A stretch of 64,000 nt of DNA from the human T2T-CHM13v2.0 reference genome, Homo sapiens, in assembly GCF_009914755.1 (NCBI RefSeq), contig NC_060930.1; one strand, given 5' to 3'. This document shows, piece after piece, positions 1 through 13,262 of this stretch. The first letter of the stretch is position 1. The number at the start of each line of letters is the position of its first letter. The notes beneath the pieces are model-generated. The model did no database searches. It saw only the letters and a list, made by a program, of their open reading frames with translations, and had not been told where the DNA came from. The translations under genes and the position numbers were made by a program.

Positions 1-117
1 AGTTTGGCCTACACCCAGGAATGAACAAGGACAGTTTGGAGGTTAGAAGCAAGATCGAGTCAGATTGTTCTCACTTTAATAATTGTCTCAGTTACAATTT
101 TTGCAAAAGTAGTTGCA
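1..117 (-). mobile_element. ERV1 LTR fragment (LTR8-like), cut by window edge
   Basis: Reverse complement resembles the LTR8 5' end (…TTTGCAAAAATTGTAACTGAG…TCTTGCTTCTAACCTCCAAACTGTCCTTGTTCATTCCTGGGTGTAGGCCAAACT). Confidence 0.7.
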
Positions 118-194
118 TTAGTACCCAAGTATCAGTCAACCCAGGTGACTCCACTTCTCAGTCAAGTCTAGGAACTGTTAGTCTAGGTTTAAGA

Positions 195-531
195 CATTAA
201 TTCTCACAATTGCTCATTCATCAAAATTATCTGAACACTTACTAATAAAATGATGGCTGGGCCTCACCCCCAGTTTTTTATTTAGTAGCCCTTTGTGAAG
301 AATTTGCATTTTTAACGAGAGCATACCAATATAAGGTGCTCTAAAAGCCCAAATTCTCCTCTTACCTTCTGTTCCCTGTGCCCGTTTGGAAAGATTTCAA
401 TGCTTTCCACTGTTGTAATGGTTAACTCTGAAAGGGAAGTGGGTGGGGCCTGAAATGCCTTAGTGCAGAGTGAGTGTTGGTACAGGATATGTTGATGCTG
501 CCAGTTAGGGATTACACTTTGAGAACCAACA
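195..531 (-). mobile_element. MER5A (hAT-Charlie) split by a ~165-bp insertion at 317-480
   Basis: GCTGGGCCTCACCCCCAG…GAATTTGCATTTTTAAC on the left; resumes CAGGATATGTTGATGCTGCC…ACACTTTGAGAACCA on the right. Confidence 0.8.
366..427 (-). other. Exon-like 62-nt cassette, copy 1
   Basis: Minus strand CCCACTTCCCTTTCAG| 62 nt |GTAAGAG; duplicate of 1390-1451. Confidence 0.35.
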
Positions 532-1389
532 GTCCAGGGAATTCTAGGTTTTCTAGAAGGCCCATCTAGTAAACTTCTGCTCACTTTATATTGGCAACAA
601 CTATGCTACCTGGACGTGTCTATCCATAATGGAACTAGGATATTAAATATTTTCTTTGAGCACATTGTGCACATTCTGCCCCAAACAAAATCAGATTATC
701 TTGAATAAGGAAGAAGGAGAGAACAGAGATCTGGAAGATGAGTACTTCCTAACATGTTTAATGTCATGCAAATCTAAAAATGATCTGATTTTTGTGGCAT
801 GCTGAAGGAAACAGGATTTTAGTGCCTTTGTGGCAGGCAGTATCCACTGGCCCCAGTGCTCCAGCCAACCTGAGTTCTGTCCATTCACCCAGAGGGCTGA
901 GGGCATCCAAGCTCTGCCTGGTCAGATGGTGAAGCTCTGGATGGGCAATTGGTAGTGTCTGCTGGAGACATGTGCTAAGCTGAGCTCCTATTACCTAATT
1001 TGTTTGACTATTCCATTCTCTAAAGGAAAGATAAAGCTCTGATCAGCAACTCTACCAAACACCAACTTACATAGCAGTAGGTATGATGGAGAGTTAACTC
1101 CTAATGGCCTCTGCCCACAGCTGACTTCATCCAGAGGGGCACCAGTGGATTGTCTAGACCAGTAGGAGTAGAGGAGATATGTTAGCACTTTAATTTCATC
1201 CAGCTTCAATTTTTCTTTCTCAAACACCATTTTCTACAGATTTTTTTTTCCTCTGCAGAGATCTCACAAAATTCCTGGCTCACACCATGTGGCTTTAGCA
1301 TTTTAGAATCATTGCTAGCAGATTAACTGAGTGACAGAGTGAACACATACCAATATAAAGGGCTCTAATACACCTAATTCTCCTCTTAC

Positions 1390-1451
1390 CTTCTGCACAC
1401 TGTGCCCATTTGGAATGATTGCAATGCTTCCCACTTTTGTAATGGTTGAAT
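1390..1451 (-). other. Exon-like 62-nt cassette, copy 2 (probable source copy)
   Basis: Minus strand CCCACTTCCCTTTCAG| 62 nt AAG|GTAAGAG. Confidence 0.4.
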
Positions 1452-2479
1452 CTGAAAGGGAAGTGGGCTCTGAAATGCCTTAGTACAGAGCAATATTAAA
1501 AGATTTGAAAGCTTTTCCCTTGAAGCCACAGAATGTCCCGAAAGCTTCTGATTGCTTGACTCTAGTCTATCCCACACAGATTTGACCAAGTCCCTATTCT
1601 ATCAGCCACATATGCACTGAAAAATATCTATCCTTAATCATTAAGACATTCCCACTGCTTCAAACGACCCTATGGCTCCTATAAAAGCTAAAATTATTTT
1701 CACTTGACAACATTCGGGCCTATGATTTCTTTCACTAAAAGAATAAGGTCCATCAGTAAAAATTACGTAAAAGTAATGGTGCATCCAAAATGTGTCCTAT
1801 TGTATATAAATAAAATGTAAGGACTTCCAATATATATTGGTCTCCTTTGTTTGGGGAAAAAAAAAGAGAGGGATGGCTGTTGCTACACAGTCTTGATGAC
1901 ATTATTGCTGCTGCTCTCGGGGTGACCGTAGAAGACCTATTGCTGGAATGACGGACAGTGAGGGAGCCACACACTCACCACCCCTTGGCCTGAGGCTATA
2001 GCTGCAATTTTCAAGGCCTAGCATAGGGTAAAATGCTGCATCTTCGTTTCTCAGGCTGCTTAAACCTCTGCTCTAAATTGGCCACCCTGGATCTGAATGC
2101 CATCCACTGAGAGAGATTATCCAACAGCTCTGGACTCTTGAAGGGTAACAGTGGCTTTTTAATAAATGTAATCATAATCAGTAATTAGTAAATTCCATGT
2201 TAGATGGTGTAGTAATAGCCCTGTAATCACACAAAATTCTTACTTCTACCTTCTCTAAGCATTAATGTTTAGTATTAAAATTATTTAAAAGAATGTACTT
2301 ATCATTGCCTTCCTAATTTTATAAAAATGAAGTTGTAATATTTCTGCTGTTTTCCATGAATCAGCCTAATTCCTTTCATACACATTGACATATTAGATAT
2401 TTTACCTGATAATTGATAAAGAATACATCGCACTGCCCCAATTAGAATTAGTTGAGTTAATTCATCCAATAGCCTTTGT

Positions 2480-2600
2480 AGCAAGTATTTATTGAGTGTC
2501 TACTGCATGTTAGGTTCTGTGCTAATTGTATTGGGTGCAGCTGTGTACAAAACAGACATGGTTTCAGGACTCAACAAGCTCACATTATCCAGGAAATTCA
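2480..2600 (-). mobile_element. L2 3' fragment
   Basis: AAGTATTTATTGAGTGTCTACTGCATGTTAGGTTCTGTGCTA…AAAACAGACATGG, typical L2 tail. Confidence 0.6.
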
Positions 2601-3224
2601 TTTATACAGGGTATATTTAATCATCTATGTTTCCTTATTAGGCTCTGGCAATTATGGGATACATTTATTTCAGGTAGTTTTCTAACTCTGGTGGCAAAGG
2701 GTAAGCAACTGAGGAAAAGCTTTCTCTCATATCCAGAGTGTATCCTTCTTTTGAGTTTTTCATTTACCTTCATTACTCTCCTTCTCTTTCTAATCCTTGA
2801 TCCCCAGTCCACAAAGAAGTTAGTAAATTAATTGCTTATTTATTTCTGGCCTTTTACGAGATAGTGAACTGTGTTTTTCAGCATAGAGAAATGAACTTTT
2901 ATGTGTTATTTCTGCCCATTCCTGGCATTCTGCCCTATTCTCTCAGTAAATACAGTAGTCGCCATCCCTGTGAGAGCTCAAGACATGTTGGATGGACGGA
3001 TGGATGGATGAGTGGATGGACATGTAGCTGTGCTCAAGGAGAGAATCTGTTAGACTGGTGCTTCATGGAAGTAACCACGACTGTTTATTTAGTTCACATG
3101 GCTTTCCCATAAGTCCAAATTTATTTCCTCAGGTCTTAAAGGATTTGGTCAAGGCAGACCATCAGGCTCTTTACCAAATCGTATGGAAGGGAGATGATAT
3201 TTTGGCATAAAGAAAAATGTTCCA

Positions 3225-3395
3225 TAGAATTTGGAAGGTATCTCAGAGAACATCTAGTTCCACCCTGTGATATATAGATAAGAAAAGGAACCAAGAGAGG
3301 TGAAACATTCTGAGATTACATTGCCTGTTAGGCGCAAAACTACGACCACAACCCAGTATCCTCTATTCCCTGCCCCAGGTTCTTCCCAGTGCACA
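3225..3395 (-). mobile_element. MIR fragment
   Basis: Degenerate MIR core (ATAGATAAGAAAAGGAACCAAGAGAGGTGAAAC…GATTACA…ACCCAG). Confidence 0.5.
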
Positions 3396-4781
3396 GTATG
3401 GACCTCATTTGTAAACAAGTGAAAATCAGGCAACATCATGATTGTCTTTGACAATTCAGTACAAATGTAAATGGACAGATGGTTCATGGGGGCTCCTGGA
3501 GGCCAGCCAAAAGTATGGGCAGAAGCACAGGGCACCTTGAATTTATATTTGCTTAAGAGGTTATAGAATGTTTACCCAGAATGTGTAGCAGATGCTGCGT
3601 CTTTCCATCTGCCTTAGTTATGCAGCTGAGACTGAAATTCTTTGTGGCCACGTCCTAAGTTAGCAACTTCGTTGTGTTTAGTCTCCACCAAAAGAAAATT
3701 TAAAAAGACAGAACAAAACAATGCTGACAAAAACTTGAGGTTTGGGAGCATCCAAAATGCTACTGAAACCATGCTAGATGTTCCTTAATTATAAATTAAG
3801 TATAAGTTTTAGTATAGTTGGGCACTTAAGAAAAAGAGCAATAGTACAGATGAGCATTAAGAAAAATTATTGAATATGTTAAAGAATGGCATTATTTTTG
3901 TTATCTAAATTAATAGTAAGATTGTATTTTTTTTTTCACTCAACACGTGTCACACACAGAGTAGTCTATATAATTTGAGAGGCAAATGGGAAACTCTGCC
4001 TGCCCCAAAACTAACTTACACAAATAGCAGCATAAGAAAATCACTCCCTTGGAGTTAAAAAGTCACCTCCAAGGTGCAAATAATTTGAGTGAATCATATC
4101 ACGAAATTACATGTTAGAGCATCAATAGTTCATAAGTTGGTGCCCACACCTTTAACAAGATGCCACAAAATTGTCACTGATAGGGTGGGTTCCTCGTTGT
4201 TCTTGGTCTGACACCCTCAGCTATGTGAGTTTCATACTGTATGTGTTGTAAGACACCTTTCCTTTACTCTGATAATTTTTAAGACACTTTCAGTTAAGTG
4301 AAAGAATATCTAATGAAAACTAGGCTCTTGCCTCTGAATTCCTCTTGGGTTTTAGCCTTTGTGACTGAAATACGAAGAGGAAAAGAAAGCTTAAAGGGTG
4401 TGTTGGTTATTTCACTGTTTCTATGTGGTTCTCACATCTTCCCCCTGTTCACATGTCACCTGCATCCTTAAGATGCCTTCCTTATCATAAGACAATGGCC
4501 AGAGCCATTCTGCACCTCATATCTGCATCCCACACCACTCAAAAAAAAGAGACACCGTGTCTTCCCTGTTCTTCCCATGAGCAAAGTTATGAGATTCACT
4601 CTTATTGGGACAAGTTTCAATATATGCCCTTCCCTAAATGAATCACTGTGACCAGGAGAATGGACCATTCTGATTGACCGGAACTGACTGTGGCCAACAC
4701 CCAGAACTGAGGTGTAACTGGCAGACATGAATGGCTGCTGGGATGACCATCACAGAGTACATTGTGATAGCTATTGTAATG

Positions 4782-5183
4782 TGTTAAATTAAAGAAGAAG
4801 GAAGGAATTCGTCTGAGGCTGGCTCTCCACTTTGAGTTCCTACATAATGAAGTTCAGCATAACTTGGACTGTAAACAAACCAAAACCTAATCAAGGAGTA
4901 TAACAAATAGCTGAGTTTCAGCTAACTCCTCACTCCATGACCAAAAAAGGCAAGTACTCACCATGCTCAAATGAGGCAGACACCTAACTGTAGCCAAACA
5001 GGTAATTTTCCTACTTGGTTTCTACATTTGGCCTATAAAATCTGGCTGCTTATACTGCTACTGCTGGGCGGAGATCTCTGAACCTCCTCTGGTTCTGACG
5101 GCTACCCAATTCATGAATTGTTCTTTGCTCAAATAAACTCTGCTACATTTATTTAGTCTAAAGTTTGTGTTTTACTTTTAACA
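4782..5183 (+). mobile_element. ERV1 solo LTR, MER57/MER72/LTR47-like
   Basis: TGTTAAA…TTTAACA termini, TATAAAA box, TCTCTGAACCTCCTCTGGTTCTG…TTCTTTGCTCAAATAAACTCTG. Confidence 0.75.
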
Positions 5184-5911
5184 AGAGATATAGGAATTTT
5201 TGTGGTGATGGAGAAATAGGAGAAAAGATAATGATTTCAAAACAGGTCAGTGCCTGAGGAGGACAGATATAACAGATTCAAAGAGAAGAGTTCTATAATG
5301 CTAGTTTAATATATCTCTCAGTGGCAGAAGAAGGCTGAAGAAGCCTGCTTTGAGCTGAGACAGTTTCAGAAGGAGAGTTGACAAGGGCATGCATGATTGT
5401 TTATTGCACAATCGCAATAATTTACAGATGTTTTCTGCAAATATCTTACTCTAAGATATCAGAAGTATGTTTCAAGTACAAAAACATTCACATAATGGGC
5501 ATTTTTCTCCTTACTATCTTCTTTCTATATGAGCATAGCTCAAATAGAATAACAATAGGATTCTGCTGTTTATTCACAGCATTCTGAGTAGAAAAAAATT
5601 TCAAGAAAAAGAATTAGTTTTCTTTCAACCTACTGACATTACTCCTATCCCTATTTTACTCTTCAAATATAAACATTTAAGGTCACAGTTATGATTTTTT
5701 TCATTAAAGTTTCATTTTTTTATGTGTGAAATCTTCACAGTGTAGAAGCGGAGGCTAAAACTTAGTGCTGCTTTTCTTTTCTTTGGTCCTATAAGGTCAT
5801 AACGTATCCTTCCTGAGTCTCACCACAATGTGCCTCTTAATATGTCATAATATAATAGTATTTTATAAGGTTAATGCAGTGTCATAAATGCTGCAGGCAG
5901 AAATCAGTAAC

Positions 5912-6126
5912 ACAGAATAGAAACAGGAGCACTAATTTGGAAAATGTGAAATCTAAAATTCCACCAACTAACTAACTGTGAACTTTGGTCAAGTCATTCA
6001 ATTTCTTACATCTTCGGTAGTGGTTTCTTCCTAAGATGGGAATATTAATACCTTACCTGTCTAAAAGCAGAGAACTGGATAAGATCATCTGTTGATTTCC
6101 CTTTAGGCTGAAAATATCTATAATTC
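5912..6126 (+). mobile_element. MIR fragment
   Basis: AACTAACTGTGAACTTTGGTCAAGTCATTCAATTTC…AAGATGGGAATATTAATACC. Confidence 0.6.
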
Positions 6127-6824
6127 TTAGGAAAAAGTCAACAAATGACACTTGAGAATGACATGGTAATAATCTTATGATATTTCAAAATGTTAGTATT
6201 AACATAAATGGGCTATTTGTCTATTCATTGAAGGTAAACAAATTACCACCGCAATGTAAGTTAACAAAAGGGCAGCATTTGTCTTGAAATTTTTTATCTC
6301 GTGTCTCAATCAATCATTCTCCTCCACTTTGGAGATCAGTTTTAGTTGTAATTTCTTTGTGATATGTCAGTACATAAGGTAAGAAATATATTTTCTACCA
6401 GGACAACAACAACAAACGTACGTAGAACTAATGACATCTCCTTCACTCTATAAACGCATTGGATATTTAAAATTCATATGTTAAAGGGCATTGCTATTGG
6501 CTTGATTACTCTTTTTACAAAACTGCTTTTGTAGTTAGCCATTTTCTTGATTGTCCTAAAACATGTGTTCAGTGTTAGAATTTGTTGCAGTAACCATAGT
6601 TTAAAACAAGTTTTCATTGTTGTTAATGTTATTATTTTTATTATTTTTTTTACAAATTGAACAGAAAGTCACTTAATGGAGAAGACGGGCTAAAGTAAAA
6701 AGAACTAAAAAGTGTGTTAAAAAAGTTGCATGCATTCAGTTCTGAGACTCGTGGGTTGCTTTAAATTGCTACTAAAAATATCTGCGCTAAAAGCTAATTT
6801 ATAACACCTATAAATGTAGGTAAA

Positions 6825-7340
6825 CATTCATTCATTCTTGCATGTATTTATTCATATACACAGAAATATCCATTATGTGGCAGACATTGTGCTGGGGGCT
6901 AGTTGTAGAAGAATGTGTGAACAGAAGCTACCCTGGTTTCATGGAGCTAGGGGGAAATTTAATTGACAGCACAAAAAAGGGTGCAATTATTCTACCTACA
7001 GAAACCTGAAAGAACTTCACAGATTTGAGTGGGAATCTTCAATATATTCATGATAGCTGAGTAGGTGGCATTTCCAGGGGGAAAGAGTGCTAAACTGGAA
7101 GGTAAGAAAACAGAATTCAGAATATAAGGGGAACCTTGCATTTTAAAGAACTGGTGGAAAAGGAGAGTTAGGAGGACAAAAGGCTAAGAAACCAAAAGAG
7201 AAGGAGGTAGGATCTCTCAGCGATCAGGGTGGAGAGGGTTTCAAGAAGTTGCTCAACTTCAAAAAGTGTAGAAAAGTCTGATAGAAAATAATGTAAAAGA
7301 GGCCTTAAGGGTTGGCATTCTGGTGGATATTGGTGATGTT
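6825..7340 (-). mobile_element. L2 fragment
   Basis: CATTCATTCATT tail followed by CAGACATTGTGCTGGGG…TTCATGGAGCT. Confidence 0.55.
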
Positions 7341-8493
7341 TGGGAGCCACTTCCACAAAGTGGTTTTTTCACTGAATGCCCATTCTGGTCAGCTCTCAAA
7401 CAGAGAAGTTACATTTTGATCATCAAAACATTTCCAAAAATCATAGCACTCAATTCGACACTGTGAGTTGAGCCTGTCTTTCCTTCAGTGTCACGGGGTC
7501 TTGACCACTTGCACGACCATGCGAAACAACATCCATGATACATGGTATCTTTCTTTAGCATGTCAAATTCATTACTGCCTTTTCCTATAAGATACTCAAA
7601 TTTCCTGCCAAGGCCTCCTTCATATTCCTCCCTATATTCCACAAAAAGGAATTGTACAGATCTACCTATTTATTTCTTCAGAGGCTTGCAGTTGACAACT
7701 TGTCATCTTTCTCCTCTCCGTTTCACCAGTCTGAGAGAAGAAAACTAAAAACATTAATCACAATGATAACAAAGACAGTTTCATTTCCCATCTCTTGCCA
7801 AGAAGAATCCCTGGGACCCCACATCTCTTCTTAAGGACCTGAGACTGGGTTGGTGGACACTTCTCAGTTTGACAACAAGTGTCCAGGACCTGGCCTGAGC
7901 ATTTCAAATCTCTTCTGCCTACCAGCTTCCCTACCTCTCTCCCACATTTTGAACAGTTTTTATCCTACGGTCTTAGGTTTTGAGGACTATTGCTGAAGCC
8001 AATTTCTCCTAGGATACCAATCAATTATTCAGAAAAATAGGATTCCTAATGCTCTACTATGGAATGCCAGAGAGCTTACAGTTAATACGAGGATAATGAT
8101 CTGCCATAACATTTTCATATGTTTTGCTCTGTTTGAAATCAAGCAATGTGTAATTAAAATTGGAATCGTTCCTTGTTATATTATTATGGGTTTAATTAGA
8201 ACCAATTTTAGATTCTCAAATAAGCATCATGTAATTTGCCCTATTAAATGAAAAGTATTAACCAATGTGATATTTTATTTGGCATTTCTTTTCTCTCTTG
8301 GATCTTACCTCTATTTTGATAGCAAAGTTTTTCTGGACTTAGACGTCAGAAAATGTATGTATGACGACAGAACAGAGGAAAATAAAATAATAATAATAAA
8401 ATGAATTTTTCCCTGCCTGAATTTCAAAAGGTTCTGTTCATAAGATAATGAAGAAGACTCATGACCTAAACATATTTGGGGGGATAAAAATGG

Positions 8494-9222
<729 letters not shown>

Positions 9223-9689
9223 GAGGATCAGATATTTTTTTTCTTCTACCATACCCTCCCAAGACTAAAAATAAATTTATTGGGCTAAGAAGATATAGGA
9301 CACTTGAAATGGAAGAAAGTAGAGTTGGTAAGTACCCAAGGAAAAGGATTGATATTTTACTGCTTCCTACACTGAGCCCTTGGGAGGCAAAATATTTTAA
9401 GATAGTTTTGGGGTAATGAGAAAAGACGACATCTAAGTATTGTTCCTGGATAGAGTCCTAAGAGTGGTAATAGCCCACAGAGAAGAAATGTTACCTGCTC
9501 TGTCTATGTGGAATAGACCTTACAAAATTTTGCTGAGATTTCGAATGCCCCATGTATATAAGGTTGTTAAAGAAAGGACATCAAGAATCAGAACTGCATA
9601 GACAGTGTCCAGAAGGTCAAAGAATGGATGACTGTGGTGAAAGATGAATGGATGAGCATGGAATAATGGTCTAGAAGAGGCATCCATTA

Positions 9690-11262
9690 TTGTGCCCATG
9701 TTCCATTGGTAAGAGCAATCACATTACCACCTACAACTACAGGGAGGGCTGGGATATATAGTCCCCAGCTGGGATAACACTAACCCAGCTGGGGACTACC
9801 TATATATTTGAGACAGGGTCTTGTTACATTACCCAGGCTGGAGTGCAGTGGTATGATCTCGGCTCACTGCAGCCTCGACCTCCTGGGCTCAGGGTGATTC
9901 TCCTACCTCAGCCTCCAGAGTAGCTGGGACTACAGGTGCACACCACCATGCCTGGCTAATTTTTGTATTTTGTAGAGACAGGGGTCCCACTTTGTTTCCC
10001 AAGCTGGTCTTGAACTCTTGGGCTCAAGTGATCCACTGCCTTGGCCTCCCAAAGTGTTAGCATTACAGCCGTGAGCCACTGCTCCAAGCTCAAAAAGGAT
10101 ATTTTTTGACAACACACTGAAGTCTCCACCACAGGTTGCCCATTTTACTACCAAATGTATATACAAATTTCTCCCCATTCATAAAAAAATACTGTCAGTA
10201 TCACCCAAGGGAAATAACTAAAAACTCCCCCAGTTTACTTTATCCTGCTGAAATTTTATATTATCTGAATTATTGTCTCAGGCTTGGACAAAATACTAAA
10301 AAAGAATTCAATAGAAACCTTCATTCAGAAAATTGAAGTATAGAACAAACAGCAGACCAGTGAAACATTTCAAATCCTGAAGGGCAGGAATTGTATAGAA
10401 TCCTTGGCCTGGAAGTTACAACTCAGTCCCTTGCTGGCATAACAGGTAGCCTTGGGTAAAGGTTCTGAACAGCAATAATCATATGCCATTGTTTGGTAAG
10501 AGAAATCATTGGCTTTTACAAGACTATGGGACTTCCAATTTTTATATGCCCTCTCTTCTGTTGGATCTCTACTTGCAAATCAGCTAATCACTGCCTGAGT
10601 TCATCATTTTTATAATTTCTTCACATAATCAGCAAGGAATTGAGATACACTAATAATATGATGTAAAATGTTTTCTTTAGAGCCCATTGTACTTAGCTTT
10701 CAAGTTATTGTTTTATGAAATATTTTGCCACAGCACAAGAAGAATCACTGGCTTTGTTGTCTGCCATGTGCCTTTGCCCCCCTGCAGTCTAACACCTAAG
10801 GTAACAACATATATTAAGGTTGCTTGTAGCATTATTCTGTTACTCAATTTTTTGAGTCAAAAAAAGCATCAGCTGCTCTAACAAACTTCAAATTAATTCA
10901 GTATCCTAAAGAAGACAGAAGCTTATTTTTCTCAGAACAGCCAAAGGAGAAAGGTGGATAGTGGCTTCATTCCATGCAGTCAGTCAGGGACCCAGGTCCT
11001 TTCCATTTTGCTTCTCTGCACACGCAAAGCACTGAGTCTCAGGCATGTCCAGACTCTAGTTCATGGGGATGGCAAAGGACATGCAAAGAAATGAGCATGT
11101 CTGAAGTATAAAACATCACATGTAATCCAAATTGCCAAAAATGTAGTGATACGGTGTCAAAGTGGCAAGGGATATCCCAGGCTGGACAGCTATATTGTAG
11201 CTATAATTCTATCCTACAGAAGAGACGAATGGATTTGTGGGGATAGTGAGCAATGTAATACT
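9690..11262 (-). mobile_element. Decayed MLT1J-like MaLR element: LTR remnant, internal sequence (~10134-10850), second LTR
   Basis: CAACTACAGGGAGGGCTGGGATATATAGTC and GTCTCCACCACA LTR motifs; MLT-int-like CCCAAGGGAAATAAC; second LTR with CAGTCAGGGACCCAGG. Confidence 0.5.
9807..10089 (-). mobile_element. AluJb lacking poly(A) tail
   Basis: GAGACAGGGTCTTG…GCAGCCTCGACCTCCTGGGCTC…GGGCTCAAGTGATCC; only TTT where the tail should be. Confidence 0.9.
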
Positions 11263-11329
11263 ATGAATCAAGGGAAGAATAGATTTAGGTGGGCAATTAT
11301 CAGCTTCTACAAAAATGAGTTTCATTCCC

Positions 11330-11810
11330 TTATAATTTACAATCTTACTGGGAAATCATGTAAGGTCAATAGGTAATTATAAATAGTTTGTAAAAGGCTG
11401 TGGTTGTAAACACAGTATGATGTTAAGCAACAAAACAATGAATCTAACCTGGCTTGAGGGGTGAGGAAGGCTTCTAAGAGGAAGTGTATATAAAAAGAGT
11501 CCTAAAGGATGAGTAAGTTGTTGATACTGAAGTTGGGAGGCAGGGGAGTCAAGGGCGTAGAAGAAGTGAACTCAGCCTGCATGAAGGCCTGTAGACAAGG
11601 CAGGGCGTGACACTACTGGAAAACTACAAGAAGTCTGCTATGGCATATATATAAAATTAAGTTTAAAGAATGAATTGCTGGACTGTAGAGAACATGGGGA
11701 AAATGGCATGAAATGAGATTTGAGAAGCTAGATTACAAGGGACCTTATAGAATCTATAACCTTATAACCATGCAGTCAATATTAACCTGAAGACAGTGGG
11801 GAATCATATA
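11330..11810 (-). mobile_element. L2 fragment
   Basis: GAGGAAGGCTTCTAAGAGGAAGTG…CCTAAAGGATGAGTAAG…TGCATGAAGGCCTG. Confidence 0.6.
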
Positions 11811-12379
11811 TAAGCCAGCCCTGTCTCCATCCCAGAAGGAAACAATTTTCTTTTTCTGTTACGTCCGGAGCATCTCCTTATTCTTTAGCTCTCTTACCCC
11901 TCATAGCCTCAAGTAACATCCCACAGAGATAAAGCACTTTATTCTCCTGTGAGAAGAAATCTGCATATTTTTTCATTTACAGTTCTACACTTTTGTCTGT
12001 TGATGAAGAACCCTTATAATTTGATTTTGTGTAGAGGTGGGAGTAAATCCGGTTGTGCCAAAGCTTCACTTTGAATGACAATGTTTTTATATTATCTCAG
12101 TGATTTTTTTCTTATATTAATGTAAAGGTGATACTCATAATCTAAGGAATAAGCATCTTTTGTAAATACCCTTATTCTAGCTCCACTCTCATAAAAGCTA
12201 TTTTAATGTATTTTCCCAGGGCTATAGGCAAAGACTACAACTGCTGCCTTTGACAGGAGTGTGGAGGAGAGAACAAATTATGCCCTGTAAAAGCAGAGGG
12301 CAAGATAAAAAGCAGTAGAATTAAAATAAACAGTTGCGTAAGCATCAAGGTGTTTTTGTTTGATTATATCATGTTTTAA

Positions 12380-12760
<381 letters not shown>

Positions 12761-12942
12761 TGAAGCACACTATATTTCATATTTTATCCTTCTTTACACA
12801 TACTCGTGTAGGGAATGTTAAATTTAACCTTGAATTCTGCTTTATTACTTAAGGAGAAGTAGTTAAGCTCCTCTGGAAGTTTTGTGAGTGGGGAATAAAG
12901 TTTACTTTAGTTACCTGAGTCTTCTTAACAAATCCACATGTA

Positions 12943-13262
12943 CGGTTGGCTCTCTGTAGCCATGGATTCTGCATCTCAGATACAACCAACAACAGATCAA
13001 ACATATTTGAATAAAAAATACAACAATGCACCAATAAGAATAAGTCAAATTAAGAAAGCAACACAGCATAGCAACTGTTTACATAGCATTTACATTGCAC
13101 TGAGTCTCATAAGTAATCTAGAGATGATTTATAATATACAGGAAGATGTGCATAGGTTATATGCAAATACTGTGCCACTTCATGTAAGGGACTTGAGCAT
13201 CCACAAATTTTGGTATCTATGGGAGTCCTGGAACCAATCCCCTATGGATACTGAGGGGTCTG
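12943..13262 (-). mobile_element. MER2 (TcMar-Tigger MITE)
   Basis: TTACATAGCATTTACATTG…TAATCTAGAGATGATTT…GGGACTTGAGCATCC…GTCCTGGAACCAATCCCC; TA TSD at both ends. Confidence 0.9.

Noticed and set aside
322-485. Possible novel MITE with TIRs CATACCAATA / TGTTGGTACAG
   Set aside because: The inverted match is short, the right end overlaps resumed MER5A sequence, the second copy lacks it, and no TSD is seen
7409-7642. 77-aa ORF with a local cluster of CpGs
   Set aside because: No recognisable homology or exon boundaries; too small to be a CpG island
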